A DNA stretch of 32,000 bases. It comes from a virus. Each line of letters begins with the position of its first letter. The first letter of the stretch is position 1. Positions 31,386 through 32,000 of the stretch are shown here, piece after piece. The position numbers were made by a program, and so were the translations under genes. The stretch is from positions 7,481 through 39,480 of IMG/VR virus record IMGVR_UViG_3300014963_000841; one strand, 5' to 3'. The notes under the pieces were generated by a model. It worked only from the letters and a program-made list of their open reading frames with translations, was not told where the DNA came from and searched no databases.

Positions 31386-31440
31386 TCAGCGTAAAAGCAC
31401 GTAATTTAACGGCATTCAATTTTTTCAACATCATTTTCAT
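31378..31440 (-). pseudogene. comGC: 5' fragment of comGC/comYC (major competence pseudopilin) interrupted by the prophage
   Basis: ATG at 31440 overlaps the comGB stop (ATGA). The frame MKMMLKKLNAVKLRAFTLIEM carries the prepilin-peptidase motif but lacks the following hydrophobic helix. Confidence 0.7.
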
Positions 31441-32000
31441 GACATCATTCCTTCCATATTTTGATACATTGGTAATAGCATAGCTGCATAGATCATTACA
31501 ATCACGACAGCAACAATAACAAAAATGAGGGGTTGCACAAAGGTTGTTGCCTTATTAAGACGGTTAAAGAAAGCCTGCCAAACCTCTTCAGCATAGACTT
31601 CTAACTCATAGCCCAACCTAGCATTAGCCTCTCCATAAGCAATAATTAAGGATAGTTCCTTAGTGAAGAAAGGGTGACTAGCAATACGGTCAGGAAAACT
31701 CTGTCCTAGCATCAAGGCTTCTTCTAAATCAGTCCCCAGCTCACGAAAGAGCTTGGACTTTTGCTCTTTCATTAGAGCAACCAAGTCTAGCAAGTCAATA
31801 CCTTGCCCTAAGAGATTTCCCCATTCTCTAGCATAATAGGCGGTCGTATATAGCCTGACAGTTTGGCCTATAAAAGGGATTTTTGCCATTCGTCGATAAA
31901 AGACAAGGGCTGGCTGGCGTTTCACCCATAGATAGAGAATTAAGCTTAATACAAGCAGTCCGCACAAAGTCACAAAAAAGAGCTGGGGAAAAATCTGAAC
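31437..32000 (-). CDS. comGB: ComGB/ComYB competence pseudopilus platform protein (GspF family), C-terminal part; gene continues past the right edge
   Basis: YYAREWGNLLGQGIDL...FFTKELSLIIAYGE...LLPMYQNM is typical of ComGB. The frame is open to position 32000. Confidence 0.85.
   Translation of the reverse strand, partial: VQIFPQLFFVTLCGLLVLSLILYLWVKRQPALVFYRRMAKIPFIGQTVRLYTTAYYAREWGNLLGQGIDLLDLVALMKEQKSKLFRELGTDLEEALMLGQSFPDRIASHPFFTKELSLIIAYGEANARLGYELEVYAEEVWQAFFNRLNKATTFVQPLIFVIVAVVIVMIYAAMLLPMYQNMEGMMS

Noticed and set aside
31361-31400. Terminator hairpin after the integrase stop (GCGTTTTGC ... GCGTAAAAGC)
   Set aside because: The arms do not pair beyond the T4/A4 run when aligned. The sequence is better explained as comGC coding sequence on the other strand.

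Overview
Positions 1 to about 31377 are one arm of a temperate siphovirus-type prophage in a low-GC Gram-positive host. The host looks Streptococcus-like, judging from the comG genes and the phage gene families. The lytic genes run right to left on the minus strand.

Gene order from the right:
- **Host flank:** comGB 3' end (31437..32000) and only the first ~21 codons of comGC. The prophage junction interrupts comGC.
- **Lysogeny module (+ strand):** large serine integrase, PH/SHOCT protein, ImmA-like metalloprotease, XRE/CI-like repressor.
- **Switch and early genes (- strand):** divergent promoter/operator region, Cro-like gene, antirepressor, and one opposite-strand membrane-protein gene.
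- **Ori-like region:** repeat region next to a small winged-helix protein.
- **Accessory gene:** a 581-aa LPXTG surface protein.
- **Recombination and accessory early genes:** RecT/DUF1351-like/SSB/RusA module, then small early genes including C5-cytosine methyltransferase, MazG-like and YopX-like proteins.
- **Non-coding gap:** 745 bp with no credible ORF (14687..15431).
- **Late genes:** ArpU-type regulator, TerS, TerL, portal, head morphogenesis, scaffold, capsid, connector, tail, tape measure, Dit and the start of Tal. Tal runs off the left edge.

The lysis cassette and the other att junction are outside the window.

Most notable observations:
1. The ORF-free gap contains two armless tRNA-like minihelices with canonical T-arms, repeated CCAGTnA/TnACTGG modules showing one compensatory change, and an orphan anti-SD-complementary site.
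2. A serine-integrase prophage is inserted inside comGC.
3. Three similarly built plus-strand mini-units (extended -10, then 21-24 nt, then a terminator) lie antisense to the leaders of minus-strand genes.
4. A sortase-anchored adhesin-like gene sits inside the early region.
5. A 28-bp imperfect inverted repeat has a G:U pattern that favours the minus-strand RNA.
6. A +1-frame ORF overlaps motifs IV-VIII of the methyltransferase.

All functional calls come from reading motifs by eye. No database search was run.
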